This document shows, piece by piece, positions 17,930 through 28,778 of a DNA stretch of 64,000 bases (the first letter of the stretch is position 1; each line of letters begins with the position of its first letter). Below the pieces are notes generated by a model. It had not been told where the DNA came from and did not search any database. It saw only the letters and a list, made by a program, of their open reading frames with translations. Position numbers and translations under genes: made by a program. The stretch spans positions 6,106 to 70,105 of the forward strand of contig CAYOSQ010000009.1 of assembly GCA_964406665.1 (NCBI GenBank), in the 5' to 3' direction. The stretch is from an uncultured Planctomycetia bacterium (GTDB lineage: Bacteria > Omnitrophota > Gorgyraeia > VGKH01 > JBHPFN01).

Positions 17930-18214
17930 ATAATTTTTACTATAAAGAAGGTGGATGGGTGGTATAGGGGGAAGGGCGCATAAATTGCAAATGTAGATGT
18001 ATCTTCTAAAATCTCTATACCATGTGATGTGGCTAATACTTAAAAAAAGTACAATATATTGTATTCTTCTACTTGACAAATAAGAGAATTTGTTGTAAGA
18101 TTAACACTCATCATAGAAGCAAACCCCACGTTATCATTAGCAACACCGTATTTATTTACTGCAATTATATTATTATTTCATATCAAGTTATAAGCTTTCA
18201 AAAGGAGATCATGT

Positions 18215-19000
18215 ATGGACAAGACATGCTTAGTTTATATTCACGGCGTACAGCCGGATTTGAAGACGGAAGCTCGTGGTTATTCTAAGGAGTTTCATAA
18301 AAAGATATTAGAAGAGCTGCAGAGGTTAGGCAAGGATGTATCTAAGGTAAGGCGTTTCGAAGTAAGTTGGTCGAATATTACTATTGGATTTAAAAGAAAA
18401 TTAGCGCAGTTACAATTTGATGCAAATCCTGAATTAGGATTTAAAAGAAGACAAGGTTTTCTAAGCGGCGCTTTGCGTAATTTTATTTATCCGGCAGTTA
18501 TTGATATTCTTTTTTATGTAAAAAACAAAGGTAGCGCTAATGCACCGGGTGAAATGGTAATTTTAGAGAGACTTCATAATGCTGTAAAGAAAGCAAAGGC
18601 TAAAGGGTTTAAGAAAGTTGTTATCTTTGCACATTCCTTAGGCACTGTCGCAGCTTATGATTATGTATTCCGTTTTCGGGAAAAATACGCCTTTCCAAAA
18701 AATCTGGAATTAACCGCCTTGGTTACGTTCGGTAGCCCGATATCGCTTTTTGCATCCGGTATGGGGCATCCTATGTCTAGCAAAATCAAGCGACCGAAAA
18801 ACGTCAAGAAATGGTTAAATCTTTGGGATCCGCATGATGGTGTGTCCGGAAGGTGCGAACCACATTTTCCCAAAAATTTTGCTAAAGGATTTTTAAAAGA
18901 TGTGCTAGTTGATACTGGCTTAACTCCCCTAAGAGCTCATCAACGCTATTGGAGTCATAAAAGAGTAATTCGAAAAATGGCAGAGGAGTTAGCGAGGTAG
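18215..19000 (+). CDS. Alpha/beta-hydrolase-fold protein (lipase/esterase-like, DUF676/PGAP1-like architecture)
   Basis: The N-terminus VYIHG is present. The nucleophile elbow is FAHSLGT (GxSxG). The downstream sequence FGSPI is present. An AAAGGAG RBS precedes it. Confidence 0.6.
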   Translation: MDKTCLVYIHGVQPDLKTEARGYSKEFHKKILEELQRLGKDVSKVRRFEVSWSNITIGFKRKLAQLQFDANPELGFKRRQGFLSGALRNFIYPAVIDILFYVKNKGSANAPGEMVILERLHNAVKKAKAKGFKKVVIFAHSLGTVAAYDYVFRFREKYAFPKNLELTALVTFGSPISLFASGMGHPMSSKIKRPKNVKKWLNLWDPHDGVSGRCEPHFPKNFAKGFLKDVLVDTGLTPLRAHQRYWSHKRVIRKMAEELAR

Positions 19001-19019
19001 AGAGAAAGAAGGTAAGTAC

Positions 19020-19871
19020 ATGGAAAACAGCGATAAACAGAAAGAGCAGATAGAAAATGAAATTAATAAGGCATTGCAATCTGGTGTCGGTCCAAAAGCT
19101 GCTAGAATAGCTTTGGCATTTTTAAGCGGTTTAGTTCCTGGAGTAGGAGGAGTTTTTGGTGCTGGAGCAGGGGCGTGGTCAGAATCAGAGCAGGAGAGAA
19201 TCAATAAAATATTCGCCTCTTGGTTAAAGCTTCAAGAAGATGAGATAAAAGAGATTGGTATTACGTTAATGGAAGTTATGATGCGAATTGATAAAGATGA
19301 TGAAAGAATTCAAGAAAGAATACAAAGCCCAGAATATTTGAAATTAATAAAGAAATGCTTCAGGGATTGGAGTGCGGCAGAAAGTGAAGAAAAAAGAATT
19401 CTAATTAGAAATCTTCTATGTAATGCCGCAGGCGGAGAGAAAATATGTGGGGATGACATTATTCGGATGTTCATTGAATGGATAGGCCGTTATACAGAGA
19501 AGCATTTCTTGATTGTAAAGGAAATATATAAAAATGAAGGTATAACTAGGTTAGGAATATGGCAGAACTTATATGGTGAACCAGAAAGGGAAGATTCTCC
19601 AGAGGCTGATTTGTATAAAACGCTGATGCATGATTTAAGTGTCGGACATGTAATAAGGCAACATAGAGATAAAGACTACATGGGAAATTTCTTGAAGAAA
19701 GCAAAACAGAGAAGTTCGGGCTCTAGAATGAAATCAGCATTTGATGATGAGGAAGAGTATGAATTGACAGGGCTAGGTAAATGGTTTATTCATTATACTA
19801 TGAACGAGATGATTCCTCGCATAACTAATAATGAGCAGCCTTCGAATGAAAAAAAGGAGGAAAATAATTGA
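19020..19871 (+). CDS. Hypothetical protein with an N-terminal Gly-zipper-like hydrophobic segment
   Basis: AARIALAFLSGLVPGVGGVFGAGAGAW is followed by a charged, helical remainder. No family was recognised. It starts 20 nt after the hydrolase gene. Confidence 0.5.
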   Translation: MENSDKQKEQIENEINKALQSGVGPKAARIALAFLSGLVPGVGGVFGAGAGAWSESEQERINKIFASWLKLQEDEIKEIGITLMEVMMRIDKDDERIQERIQSPEYLKLIKKCFRDWSAAESEEKRILIRNLLCNAAGGEKICGDDIIRMFIEWIGRYTEKHFLIVKEIYKNEGITRLGIWQNLYGEPEREDSPEADLYKTLMHDLSVGHVIRQHRDKDYMGNFLKKAKQRSSGSRMKSAFDDEEEYELTGLGKWFIHYTMNEMIPRITNNEQPSNEKKEENN

Positions 19872-20569
19872 CTAGAAAAGTTATACTCAAATCACAAGCT
19901 AACCAAGTCCTTGAGATAATTAAAAAATTTGGTTTAATTCCTGCAGAGTTTAAATGGTTTGAAAAAACAACCAAGCTTAATAGTACAAAGGACGTTGTTT
20001 CTTCGCTTGTGCATTTACCAACGGGATACTATTTTTTGTTTGAATATGATAGAGATGGAAAACATTGGTCTGAGTATTCGCCTGGGGGATCTGTAGCTGT
20101 GGTAACATTAAAATACACTGCAAGCTGGGGAGTGCAATTAGGTAATGTTATAGATTGGGCTCAGTCGTTAAAACGTGAAGTTGAATCTCCAAATTTGTGG
20201 GATGCGATATCTCAGGAAAGGCGGATACTGGAGGTTGTCAATGAACCAATTTTTTATAATGAGCTCTTTAATGTTGAAGAGCAGAAAAAGATAAATGCAA
20301 ATTTAGAAGAAATAAAACAATACTTATTAACGACGACGGATTTATCTAAAGAGCAAGTTCAATTAGTAGATAAGCAGTTTGATTATTTTAAGAATTCTTT
20401 GCAAAGGATTGGGCGAAAAGATTGGTTAATGATGTTTACTGGATTTTTAGTTAGCAAAATTCTTACACTTGGGTTACAATCTGATACTGCTAAAGAATTA
20501 TTTAGATTTACTTCAAATGCTTTAAGTTGGCTGATTGCAAAAGCTGATACTTTACATTTAGGAGGGTAA
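19868..20569 (+). CDS. Hypothetical protein, translationally coupled to the upstream gene
   Basis: TTGA start/stop overlap with 19020..19871. No recognisable motifs. Confidence 0.45.
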   Translation: MTRKVILKSQANQVLEIIKKFGLIPAEFKWFEKTTKLNSTKDVVSSLVHLPTGYYFLFEYDRDGKHWSEYSPGGSVAVVTLKYTASWGVQLGNVIDWAQSLKREVESPNLWDAISQERRILEVVNEPIFYNELFNVEEQKKINANLEEIKQYLLTTTDLSKEQVQLVDKQFDYFKNSLQRIGRKDWLMMFTGFLVSKILTLGLQSDTAKELFRFTSNALSWLIAKADTLHLGG

Positions 20570-20615
20570 AAGATAGAATTCCGGATAGAAAACTAAGAAG
20601 CAAAGCTAAGCAAAG

Positions 20616-20761
20616 CTTAGGACCGGTTCTCGTTAAGTATTTATCATATAAAGAGTTTTGAATAAATCCCTGAAGGGACGGCTTCGCTCGGTGTCACTTA
20701 AGGAACATTTTAGTAGCAAGTTAATGGTATGGTAGTAGTTAGATAGATCCGGTCCTTTAAG
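20616..20761. repeat. Imperfect inverted repeat pair flanking ~115 bp (MITE-like or large hairpin) at the distal end of the accessory operon
   Basis: CTTAGGACCGGTTCT (20616-20630) is matched in reverse by AGATCCGGTCCTTTAAG (20745-20761), with 11 of 12 core positions complementary. Confidence 0.35.
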
Positions 20762-20817
20762 TTTTTGCTTTAAGTTTTTATGTGCTTGAAGGTCAAAGAA
20801 AGAAGGAGAAATTTATT

Positions 20818-21399
20818 ATGAGAAAAATATTGTTTTTATTGTCAGTAATTATAATTTTGGTTTTGTCGCATGGCATTGCGCACGCTCAGAGATCTGCGAC
20901 CAATGACGATATGTGGCATCAAAACTTAATTGAAGATTATAAAAAAAGTTTGGTTAACGCCACTACGTGGGATAAGTGGCAAGGTTTTGCCTTTCTAGTA
21001 CAGCCTGAACTTTTTGAAGAAGCAACTCCTGAGGTATTGGCCTTGTTGGATGACCCGGATTTTGAGAATGTCATTTACATATATTTAAGAGAGCTAACCC
21101 AGTCGCAAGAAATACCGTTAGGAGAAAAGAAAGCGGTTATCCTTCGTGCACTAGATGCCTATGAACAAGATATCTTGTCACAAACACCCGAGGCGCTGAT
21201 AGATGAATGGCATACCATATATAAAGACAAAGGTGTCGACAGTCAAATGGGACGTATTACAACAATTTTCTATATTAGAAGTGATGCTGATGCGTTTAAG
21301 CCACTCGTGGAAGAATCGCAAACTATTCCTGAATTTAGCGAAGCTGCTAATGAAATCTTGAGCGGATGGGATGCGTTAACGGAGCATATGAAGCGTTGA
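20818..21399 (+). CDS. Exported hypothetical protein
   Basis: There is an AAGGAG RBS. The signal peptide is MRKILFLLSVIIILVLSHGIAHA. The upstream extension to 20782 is rejected. Confidence 0.5.
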   Translation: MRKILFLLSVIIILVLSHGIAHAQRSATNDDMWHQNLIEDYKKSLVNATTWDKWQGFAFLVQPELFEEATPEVLALLDDPDFENVIYIYLRELTQSQEIPLGEKKAVILRALDAYEQDILSQTPEALIDEWHTIYKDKGVDSQMGRITTIFYIRSDADAFKPLVEESQTIPEFSEAANEILSGWDALTEHMKR

Positions 21400-21416
21400 G
21401 CCCTAATTGAATTACA

Positions 21417-21613
21417 GAATTCCGGGGACACACCCACGAGTGCTGCTCACTAAAGTTCGCAAGCTCGGGTACGTACTCTGTAGGAAACACCAGCTCACGA
21501 TGTTCGCTGGTGCGACGAGGCCTTTGGCCTCGAACGAAGCTAGGAAATCAATCGTCGGGTATGTACTCTGTGATTGATAAAGGGGGCGCGGTCCGATTAG
21601 GGCCGCGCCCCCT
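21417..21613 (+). repeat. Composite intergenic structured repeat (family modules 1 and 2 plus a GC-rich hairpin)
   Basis: GAATTCCGGGGACAC is a half-palindrome. Module 1 is CACCCaCGAGTGCTGCTCACTAAAGTTCGCAAGCTCGGGTACGTACTCTGT (21431-21481). Module 2 is AACACCAGC..GCTGGTGCGaCGAGGCCtttGGCCTCGAACGAAG..AATCAATCG (21486-21553). A GGGGGCGCGG...CCGCGCCCCC hairpin lies at 21581-21613. Near-identical modules occur at 30184-30241 and 31456-31595. Confidence 0.7.
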
Positions 21614-21786
21614 GATTGTTTTCCTACGGTTTCGGCGAACAAGCCGTAATTATAAACTGACACGGAAGCTGAAGTTAGCAAGGGAATAATATTAATAAAG
21701 ACTAAATTTATAATATGTTTGCTTTAAAAAAATCAAATGATAGAATATTCTTTAGAGGGATGTTTTGAAATAGGGGAGATAGAAAT

Positions 21787-22158
21787 ATGTCAAAGAAAAA
21801 AATACTGGTTGTTGATGATGACGTTGCTATCGTAAAGATAATGAGTTTTCAGCTGAAGAAAAAAGGATACGATGTTATTACTGCCTCAAACGGTAGAAGC
21901 TGTATAAGAAAAGCAGCTAAAGAAAAACCAGACCTAATTCTTTTAGATATTCTTATGCCGAAGCTAAACGGTTTTGAAATCTGTAGCTTACTGAAGAAAG
22001 ATAAGAAAACAAAGGAAATTCCGGTTATTATGCTTACAGCCCTGGCAGAGGAAAAAGACTTATCAAGCGGTTTGATGGAAGGCGCAGTCTGTTTTATAAG
22101 CAAGCCGTTTAGCTACAATGATTTATTGCAGGAGGTTAAGATAACATTAGGCAAATGA
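21787..22158 (+). CDS. Response regulator, receiver domain only (CheY-like)
   Basis: It reads KILVVDDD...DLILLDILMP...KP, with the Asp pocket and conserved Lys. Confidence 0.85.
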   Translation: MSKKKILVVDDDVAIVKIMSFQLKKKGYDVITASNGRSCIRKAAKEKPDLILLDILMPKLNGFEICSLLKKDKKTKEIPVIMLTALAEEKDLSSGLMEGAVCFISKPFSYNDLLQEVKITLGK

Positions 22159-22248
22159 TAACGAGGGTTTTAATAATATTTTTTCCTTGTAATTCCGGTT
22201 AATGTTTTGTTATAGCGGAAACAATAAAAGTTATAAAGGAGGAGTGAA

Positions 22249-24138
22249 ATGAAAAGATGCGTTTTTGCCGTGGGAATTACTATTTTGCTGATTTTAGGGT
22301 TTGGTTTCGAGCTCGGGGCCGATGAACCTGTTGAAGCCGGCGATGAAGATATTTTTTTTATGGAGATACCCATGGTAGTGGCTTCTTCTAAACGAGAACA
22401 GCTTATTACTGAGACTGCCTCCAGCGTAATGGTGGTTACGGCCGAAGACATCAAGCAGTCAGGGGCTATCAATCTTGGTGATGTTTTGCGTTCAGTTGCG
22501 GGGGTTGATATAAGAGAAGCTCATGCAAGTCAACACGTTATAGGTATCAGAGGTTTTGCCGATACCGCTCACGTGTTGGTTACGATAGACGGAAATAATG
22601 TTTTTATGTATCATGCCAACCATATTTTTCTCGACTGGGCCCCGATAGATTTAGAAGAGGTTGATCGTATTGAAATTATCAAAGGTCCGGGAGCGATATT
22701 CTACGGCGGCAGTGCTTTTAGCGGCGTAATTAATATTATAACTAAAACTCCCCGGCAGCTTGAAGGGACTCAGGTAAATGTAGCCGGTGGTCATAAAAGT
22801 ACGATTCGCAGCAATGTTATTCATGCCGGAGTGCAGGGTAACTGGGAGTATAGTGTCTCAGGAGGTCATCGCGAGGCTGAAGAATGGGAAAAGCCGAAAA
22901 TGGCACAAACGAAAGAATATTTCTCTGTTGATTTTTTCTCCGGAAGGGCGGTTTATAACATTGATGATGAATCTTCCATTTCATTAACGGCACGACATTC
23001 TGAGGCGAAGAACGTAATTTCTCGTGTATGTAATCCCGATACAACTTTGATTTCGCTACGCTATGATAGGCCTGATTTTTGGGCCAGATTTTTTTACAAT
23101 AATCACCAAAAGACTTTCTGGAATGATTTTCATGGCGTGGATGATTCTAATTATGAGCTTGAACTTTTTCGTACCTTAAAATGGGGAAAAAATATTACGT
23201 CTTTCGGTGGATACTTAAAACATACTGCTTGGGAAGTGGCAGCGCTTGCGGATAGGCCGGCCTATAGCGTAGTCAAAGGTACTCGGGAAGTTCATGACGT
23301 GGAAGATTACGCTTTAAACATTGAAAATGAGTACCGCTTTAACGACCAGCTTATCTTTTCTTTGGGTGGTCGGTGTGAGTATTATTCTCACCTGGATTTT
23401 CTCGGCTTAGGAAGAGGCAGTGTTATTTATAAGCCTGTTGATGATCAGAGTATCCGCTTTACTATCGCTAACGGCTATTACATACCTTCTTTGTTTCAGC
23501 ACACCAACCAAGGAACTGCTTATCCTTTTGCCCTCGGTGATTCTTCTGTAGAGGAAGAAAAGATTATTTCTTATGAGCTGGCATATTATAATCAACTGAC
23601 CAAGAAACTGAAGTTGAACGCCGCAATATTTTACAATGACTATCAGGACTTGATTGATAATACACAGTCCGGCCCGATGAAAAACGTTGCTGATGGCTAT
23701 CAATATGGAGGAGAACTAGGCTTAGATTTTATTGTGACAGATTGGCTGACTGGATTTGCTAATTACGCCTATCAGAATATTCACAGGCAGGATTTTGATA
23801 ATATGCATGTTGACCCGGAACATAAGGTTAATTGCGGTTTAAGGAGCAAATTTGGCAAGTGGTCAACAAACTTTATTTTTCATTACGTAGATTCATACCA
23901 TGAGATTTACCTGACGTCTAATCCTGTATTCGGTTTAGTTTCACCGGGACCCTCAAAGGTGAAGGCATATACTACTGTTGAAGCCCGCATAGCTTACGCC
24001 CCTACGGATAATCTTGAGCTGGCAATAGCCGCCTATAATTTGTTTAACGACAGTCATTATGAATCCAATACAGACGATTATCATACGGCAGATGAAATTG
24101 GGCGTAGGATAACAGGGAGTATATCATATAAGTTTTAA
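22249..24138 (+). CDS. TonB-dependent outer-membrane receptor
   Basis: It has a signal peptide, a plug domain (MVVTAEDIKQSG, IEIIKGP) and a beta-barrel with a C-terminal ..SISYKF. Confidence 0.85.
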   Translation: MKRCVFAVGITILLILGFGFELGADEPVEAGDEDIFFMEIPMVVASSKREQLITETASSVMVVTAEDIKQSGAINLGDVLRSVAGVDIREAHASQHVIGIRGFADTAHVLVTIDGNNVFMYHANHIFLDWAPIDLEEVDRIEIIKGPGAIFYGGSAFSGVINIITKTPRQLEGTQVNVAGGHKSTIRSNVIHAGVQGNWEYSVSGGHREAEEWEKPKMAQTKEYFSVDFFSGRAVYNIDDESSISLTARHSEAKNVISRVCNPDTTLISLRYDRPDFWARFFYNNHQKTFWNDFHGVDDSNYELELFRTLKWGKNITSFGGYLKHTAWEVAALADRPAYSVVKGTREVHDVEDYALNIENEYRFNDQLIFSLGGRCEYYSHLDFLGLGRGSVIYKPVDDQSIRFTIANGYYIPSLFQHTNQGTAYPFALGDSSVEEEKIISYELAYYNQLTKKLKLNAAIFYNDYQDLIDNTQSGPMKNVADGYQYGGELGLDFIVTDWLTGFANYAYQNIHRQDFDNMHVDPEHKVNCGLRSKFGKWSTNFIFHYVDSYHEIYLTSNPVFGLVSPGPSKVKAYTTVEARIAYAPTDNLELAIAAYNLFNDSHYESNTDDYHTADEIGRRITGSISYKF

Positions 24139-24231
24139 ATAAGTTAATTAAAGCTATGGTTGGTTCTGCTATATTGTTATATAAAAGATAGTCGCGTAGA
24201 TGTATTAAATTCAGGTGTTTAAAGGAAAAAT

Positions 24232-25143
24232 ATGATGAAAAAGGTTTTAATTTGTTTTATTTCAGCTTTTTTTATTTCTTCTTCTGTTTATCCGGGAGAA
24301 AGTAAGAATATTGTCGTTGTAAAAAGCCGGAAGTCTGCTCCTTACAACCTTGCTTTGAGTGGATTTAAGAAATATTTGAAGAAAGAACAAGTTGACGTCC
24401 ATATTATAGAATACAAGCTTAAAGGAAAGGAAGATGTATCAGAGATAAACAAGATAGTTAAGAAAAATAATCCAGCACTTTTTTTCAGCATAGGAACCCC
24501 TGCAACCAGGATTATTCAGGGGAAAGAGTTCAACAACATTCCTGTAGTGTTTGCTATGATACTGGATCCAGAAAAAAACAAGATTAATCCTCCGGGCGTG
24601 TCGATGCATATTCCTTTGAAGATGAAGCTTAAGGAAATTAAGAGGTTTTTCCCCGATGTGAAAAAAATCGGATTGATTTGTTCTTCGTCTGCTGATTTTA
24701 AGGAAGCATCGCGATTGGCGGTAGAATTTGGTCTTGAAGCTATCGGAAAGAAGATAAATTCGAAAAAGGAATTTCCTCAAGCGCTTAAAAACTTATCAGG
24801 TAGAATAGATTGTTTTTTAATGTTTCCTGATTCAAACGTTTATTTTCCCGAATCTGTTGAGTATCTGTTGGTTGAGAGTTTAAGAAAAGGATTTCCGGTT
24901 GTGGGCCTTTCTTCAATTTACACTAAGGCCGGGGCTTTGATTTCTTTAGAGTGCGATTATGAAGATTTAGGTGCGCAGGCAGGAGAGATCGCTTTGGAGA
25001 TACTCTCAGGAAATGTACCAAAAGCAGAATTTGTGAATCCGCGAAAAACAAATTATTCTTTAAATCTTATAGTTGCGAAAAGGCTAGGAGTTGATTTTTC
25101 TTCTACGGCTATAGCGGAGGCGAAGCGTATTTTTAGAAATTAA
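24232..25143 (+). CDS. Periplasmic substrate-binding protein (ABC-type, PF04392-like) associated with the sensor kinase
   Basis: It has a signal peptide and an SBP-like fold. Its stop overlaps the kinase start (ATGA). Confidence 0.6.
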   Translation: MMKKVLICFISAFFISSSVYPGESKNIVVVKSRKSAPYNLALSGFKKYLKKEQVDVHIIEYKLKGKEDVSEINKIVKKNNPALFFSIGTPATRIIQGKEFNNIPVVFAMILDPEKNKINPPGVSMHIPLKMKLKEIKRFFPDVKKIGLICSSSADFKEASRLAVEFGLEAIGKKINSKKEFPQALKNLSGRIDCFLMFPDSNVYFPESVEYLLVESLRKGFPVVGLSSIYTKAGALISLECDYEDLGAQAGEIALEILSGNVPKAEFVNPRKTNYSLNLIVAKRLGVDFSSTAIAEAKRIFRN

Positions 25144-28100
25144 TGAAAATTAACATATCGAAAAAAATTATACTGCTATTTGTTTTTTTTGTTTCTGTTT
25201 TAGGGGCGTCTTTCGGCGCCTATTTTCTTAATCAGCAAAAAGAGAATATGCTCTTGGATTTTGATAAGAGGGCGCAGGTTTTGCTTAGTAGCTTAACTAT
25301 CAGTAGCGAGTACCCGGTTCTAATTGAGGATATCGAGGTTTTAGATAAACTAGGCAGCCAAGCCTTAGATCTGGAAGACGTTATTTACTGCGAAATAACG
25401 GATAATGAAAATAATTTTCTCTTTCGGGGAGGATTAAAAGAAGAGCAATATATTAGGGAGCATGAAAGCAGCATCTTAACTGAGAAGATCTTAGGGGATG
25501 ATGGCGAGGATTTTATTTTAGGCATGGGGGAAACTCAAGTTGAAGAAATCGGTAAGGTAAAGTTAATCTTTACGCTTGGTAATTTGATGGCAAGATTAAA
25601 CACAGTAAAGAAAGCTTTAATTATATTGGTTATAGCTAGTATTTTGTTTGCTGTTGTGTTTATTAGTTTATTGGTTTATTTTGTTTTGAGTCGGCCTGTA
25701 GGCAAATTGTTAAAAGGAATAAAAAGAGTTGCGGAAGGCGATTTTGGCTTTAAGGTTATCGTTAAAACTGAAGATGAAGTTGGCCAGCTTGCTAGTTCTT
25801 TCAATAAAATGGCCGAAGAGATAGAGCGTCGGGTTTTGGAATCAGAGGCTATTAATGAAGACCTAATTCGAGAGGTTTCTGAGCGCAGAAAGTCAGAAGA
25901 ACATTTAGAAAAAGCGCAGGAAGCGTTAAAAACAAGTGAAGAAAAGTTTATGAATACTTTTTATAATTCAGTTGATGCGAGTTTGTTGATTAACGAAAAT
26001 AGATTTGTAGATTGTAATGATGCAGCAGTAGAAATGCTTCGATATTCAGAAAAGAAAAGACTGCTTTCTGTCCATCCATCGCAGTTGTCTCCGGAAAGGC
26101 AGCCGGACGGACAGCTATCTTCAAAAAAAGCAGATGAAATGATTCGAGTCGGCTTTAAAAAGGGTTTTCATCGGTTTGAGTGGGTTCATCGTAGGGCCAA
26201 TGGCGAGGATTTTATTGCAGAAGTAACCCTGACGTCAATACCTCTTCATGGAAAGAATATGCTTCATACTTCATGGAAAGATCTTACTGTTTATAAAGAA
26301 GCAGAGGAACGTTTAATACAAGCGTACAAAACAACAAAGATTATTCTTGAGAAGTTGCCTTTTGGTGTTATTGTCGTAGGAAAAGATAAGAGGATACGTC
26401 AGATAAATGAAGCTGCAAAGAAGATGATTGGGATAGGCGCAGGTGAAAGTAGAGACGTTATTGGTAAGATGTGCCACAATTTTATTTGTCCCGCTAAAGA
26501 GGACAACTGCCCTGTATTAGATTTAGGCGGGAGGATAGATACGTCAGAGCAGACACTGCTTACTGTTAAGGGGGAACGAGTTCCCGTATTAAAAACTGTA
26601 CTGCCGATTGTTCTTGAGGAAGAAGATGTTTTGCTGGAGGCTTTTGTTGATATAAAGGATTTAAAAGTAGCGCAGGACGCACTTAGGCACGCCAAGGAAC
26701 AGGCAGAGGTTGCCAATAAAGCGAAAAGCGAATTTTTAGCCAGGATGTCTCATGAAATCCGTACCCCGCTAAACGCTGTTATAGGTTTCTCTGAACTCTT
26801 GGGGGATACCTCGCTTGATTTTGTGCAGAAGGATTATGTCACTACTGTGCGCGACAGCGGAGAAATGTTGCTTGCTTTGATAAATGACATACTTGATATT
26901 TCGAAGATTGAAGCTGGGGAAATGCAGCTTGAGAGTGTGGATTTTGACCTAGAATATTTAATAAGGAATGTAATCAAGATAAACTCTCCGAGGATCAAGG
27001 GTAAAAACGTAGAAATCTTCTGCGATTATGATGATGATTTACCTCGAAGTTTTGACAGTGATCCTACTAGAATAAGACAGGTGGTTTCTAATCTTTTGAG
27101 CAACGCCATCAAATTTACCGAAGCGGGGGAAATAGACATAACGGTAGCTTTGCAAGAGCCGCAATCTTCAGATTCACAGAATAATATTCGCTTAATGAGA
27201 ATTTCAGTAAAGGACACAGGAATCGGTATCCCTGAAGAAAAACAGCAAAGTGTTTTTGACGCGTTTGAACAAGCTGATATGTCCACAACAAGGAGGTTCG
27301 GGGGGACTGGATTAGGGCTTGCAATTTCAAAGGCTATCGTAGAAATGATGAAAGGAAAAATCTGGGTTGAGTCAGAGTCGGGCAAAGGAAGCGAATTTAT
27401 CTTCACCCTTAAACTTAAAGAAGTTCCCTCTGCTATAGAGCAAGAAATATTTCCTGTTAAATTAGAACAGCTTAAAGACAAAAAAGTAGTAATCGTTGAT
27501 GATAACGAGCATGCGCGCAACCTAATGGAGCGTTATTGTAAGCAGATACAGATGAATGTGCTATACGTGGCGGCTTCCGCTAAGGAGATTTTGGATTGGC
27601 TATCTCAACAGTCTGAAATACCCGAGCTTGTTTTAAGCGATATTATGATGCCTGAGATGAGCGGACACGAGCTAGCTAAAAGCATCAGGAAAAGAAAACG
27701 GTTAAAAGGTATAAAAGTAATTGCCATAACTTCTGACACAAGGCCCGGAGCGGCAAAGGAAACCAAGGATTCCGGATTCGATGCTTATCTGCCAAAGCCA
27801 ATTAAAAAGTCTGATTTTATCAGGACCATACAAACAACCTTAGGGGATAAACGTCAAAAAGGTCAGATTATTACCCGCCATATGTCGGAAGAATTATCCT
27901 GCAAGGGATTAAGGGTTCTTATAGTAGAGGATAATATAGTAAATCAGAAACTTCTGCGAGTGTTGCTTAAAAATATTGGTTGCGAGACAGACATAGCCTC
28001 TAATGGTCAGGTAGCTGTAGATAAGGTGAAAATACGCAAATATGATTTAGTGCTAATGGATTTACAGATGCCTGTTATGGGGGGTATAGAAGCTACAGAA

Positions 28101-28298
28101 TATATTCGTAATAAATTAAAAAAGGAAGTTCCAATTGTAGCCCTGACAGCTGCCGCGATGAAAGAGGACCAGACAAAGAGTATGGCGGCCGGAATGAACG
28201 ACTACATTACAAAGCCGGTTGTACCGAAGAAATTGAAGGAAAAGATTATCCAATGGGGAACATTAGGCAATATGGAAAAAGGAAAAAATAATGATTAG
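25143..28298 (+). CDS. Hybrid sensor histidine kinase with TM/HAMP, PAS, HisKA, HATPase and two receiver domains
   Basis: The H-box is [18 protein letters not shown]. The N, G1 and G2 boxes are NAIKFT, DTGIGI and GGTGLGL. The two REC domains are VVIVDD... and VLIVEDN...LMDLQMP. Confidence 0.9.
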   Translation: MKINISKKIILLFVFFVSVLGASFGAYFLNQQKENMLLDFDKRAQVLLSSLTISSEYPVLIEDIEVLDKLGSQALDLEDVIYCEITDNENNFLFRGGLKEEQYIREHESSILTEKILGDDGEDFILGMGETQVEEIGKVKLIFTLGNLMARLNTVKKALIILVIASILFAVVFISLLVYFVLSRPVGKLLKGIKRVAEGDFGFKVIVKTEDEVGQLASSFNKMAEEIERRVLESEAINEDLIREVSERRKSEEHLEKAQEALKTSEEKFMNTFYNSVDASLLINENRFVDCNDAAVEMLRYSEKKRLLSVHPSQLSPERQPDGQLSSKKADEMIRVGFKKGFHRFEWVHRRANGEDFIAEVTLTSIPLHGKNMLHTSWKDLTVYKEAEERLIQAYKTTKIILEKLPFGVIVVGKDKRIRQINEAAKKMIGIGAGESRDVIGKMCHNFICPAKEDNCPVLDLGGRIDTSEQTLLTVKGERVPVLKTVLPIVLEEEDVLLEAFVDIKDLKVAQDALRHAKEQAEVANKAKSEFLARMSHEIRTPLNAVIGFSELLGDTSLDFVQKDYVTTVRDSGEMLLALINDILDISKIEAGEMQLESVDFDLEYLIRNVIKINSPRIKGKNVEIFCDYDDDLPRSFDSDPTRIRQVVSNLLSNAIKFTEAGEIDITVALQEPQSSDSQNNIRLMRISVKDTGIGIPEEKQQSVFDAFEQADMSTTRRFGGTGLGLAISKAIVEMMKGKIWVESESGKGSEFIFTLKLKEVPSAIEQEIFPVKLEQLKDKKVVIVDDNEHARNLMERYCKQIQMNVLYVAASAKEILDWLSQQSEIPELVLSDIMMPEMSGHELAKSIRKRKRLKGIKVIAITSDTRPGAAKETKDSGFDAYLPKPIKKSDFIRTIQTTLGDKRQKGQIITRHMSEELSCKGLRVLIVEDNIVNQKLLRVLLKNIGCETDIASNGQVAVDKVKIRKYDLVLMDLQMPVMGGIEATEYIRNKLKKEVPIVALTAAAMKEDQTKSMAAGMNDYITKPVVPKKLKEKIIQWGTLGNMEKGKNND

Positions 28299-28617
28299 AA
28301 TAGATAAAAAGAAAGCTTTGAGCGAGCTCGGCATCCCTGAGGAGATGTATGATGAGCTTCTGGGTGATTTTATTACACAGACAGAAGTATCAGTTAAGCA
28401 ACTTGAGGAGCTTGTACCCACAGATAATTTTGAAGAAATAAGGAAGGCGGCTCATTTTATCAAAGGCTCGGCGGGGAATCTGAGGATAGAAGAAATTCAC
28501 ATTTTGGCTAAAGAGATAGAATTCGCCAGTAAAGAGAACAGGGATAAAAAAGCTATAGAGGTTGATGTCGCTAGACTGAGAATATTGTTTGAAGAGTTGA
28601 AGAAAATCGTACTGTGA
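28291..28617 (+). CDS. Hpt (histidine phosphotransfer) domain protein
   Basis: [16 protein letters not shown] is an HxxKG phosphotransfer motif. It overlaps the kinase stop. Confidence 0.75.
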   Translation: MIRIDKKKALSELGIPEEMYDELLGDFITQTEVSVKQLEELVPTDNFEEIRKAAHFIKGSAGNLRIEEIHILAKEIEFASKENRDKKAIEVDVARLRILFEELKKIVL

Positions 28618-28778
28618 TTTTCTTCAACATAAGGATAAATCCTGATATTATACTGATAGAAAAAACTCTGATACCTGCAGTGTTATCGGCAAAGTTATCA
28701 GCGAAAGATGAGTAAACCTGTTGATATCAAGAGATTGCTAAAAGCGATCAATAACTTTATTTAAGTATTGGAGAGAAT

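Noticed and set aside
18073-18288. 71-aa ORF overlapping the start of the alpha/beta-hydrolase gene
   Set aside because: It is AT-rich low-complexity sequence in the promoter/RBS region. It overlaps the hydrolase start in another frame and has no RBS of its own.
21412-21681. 89-aa minus-strand ORF covering the intergenic repeat at 21.4-21.7 kb
   Set aside because: It is composed entirely of repeat modules 1 and 2 and the GC hairpin. Identical sequence elsewhere is clearly non-coding.
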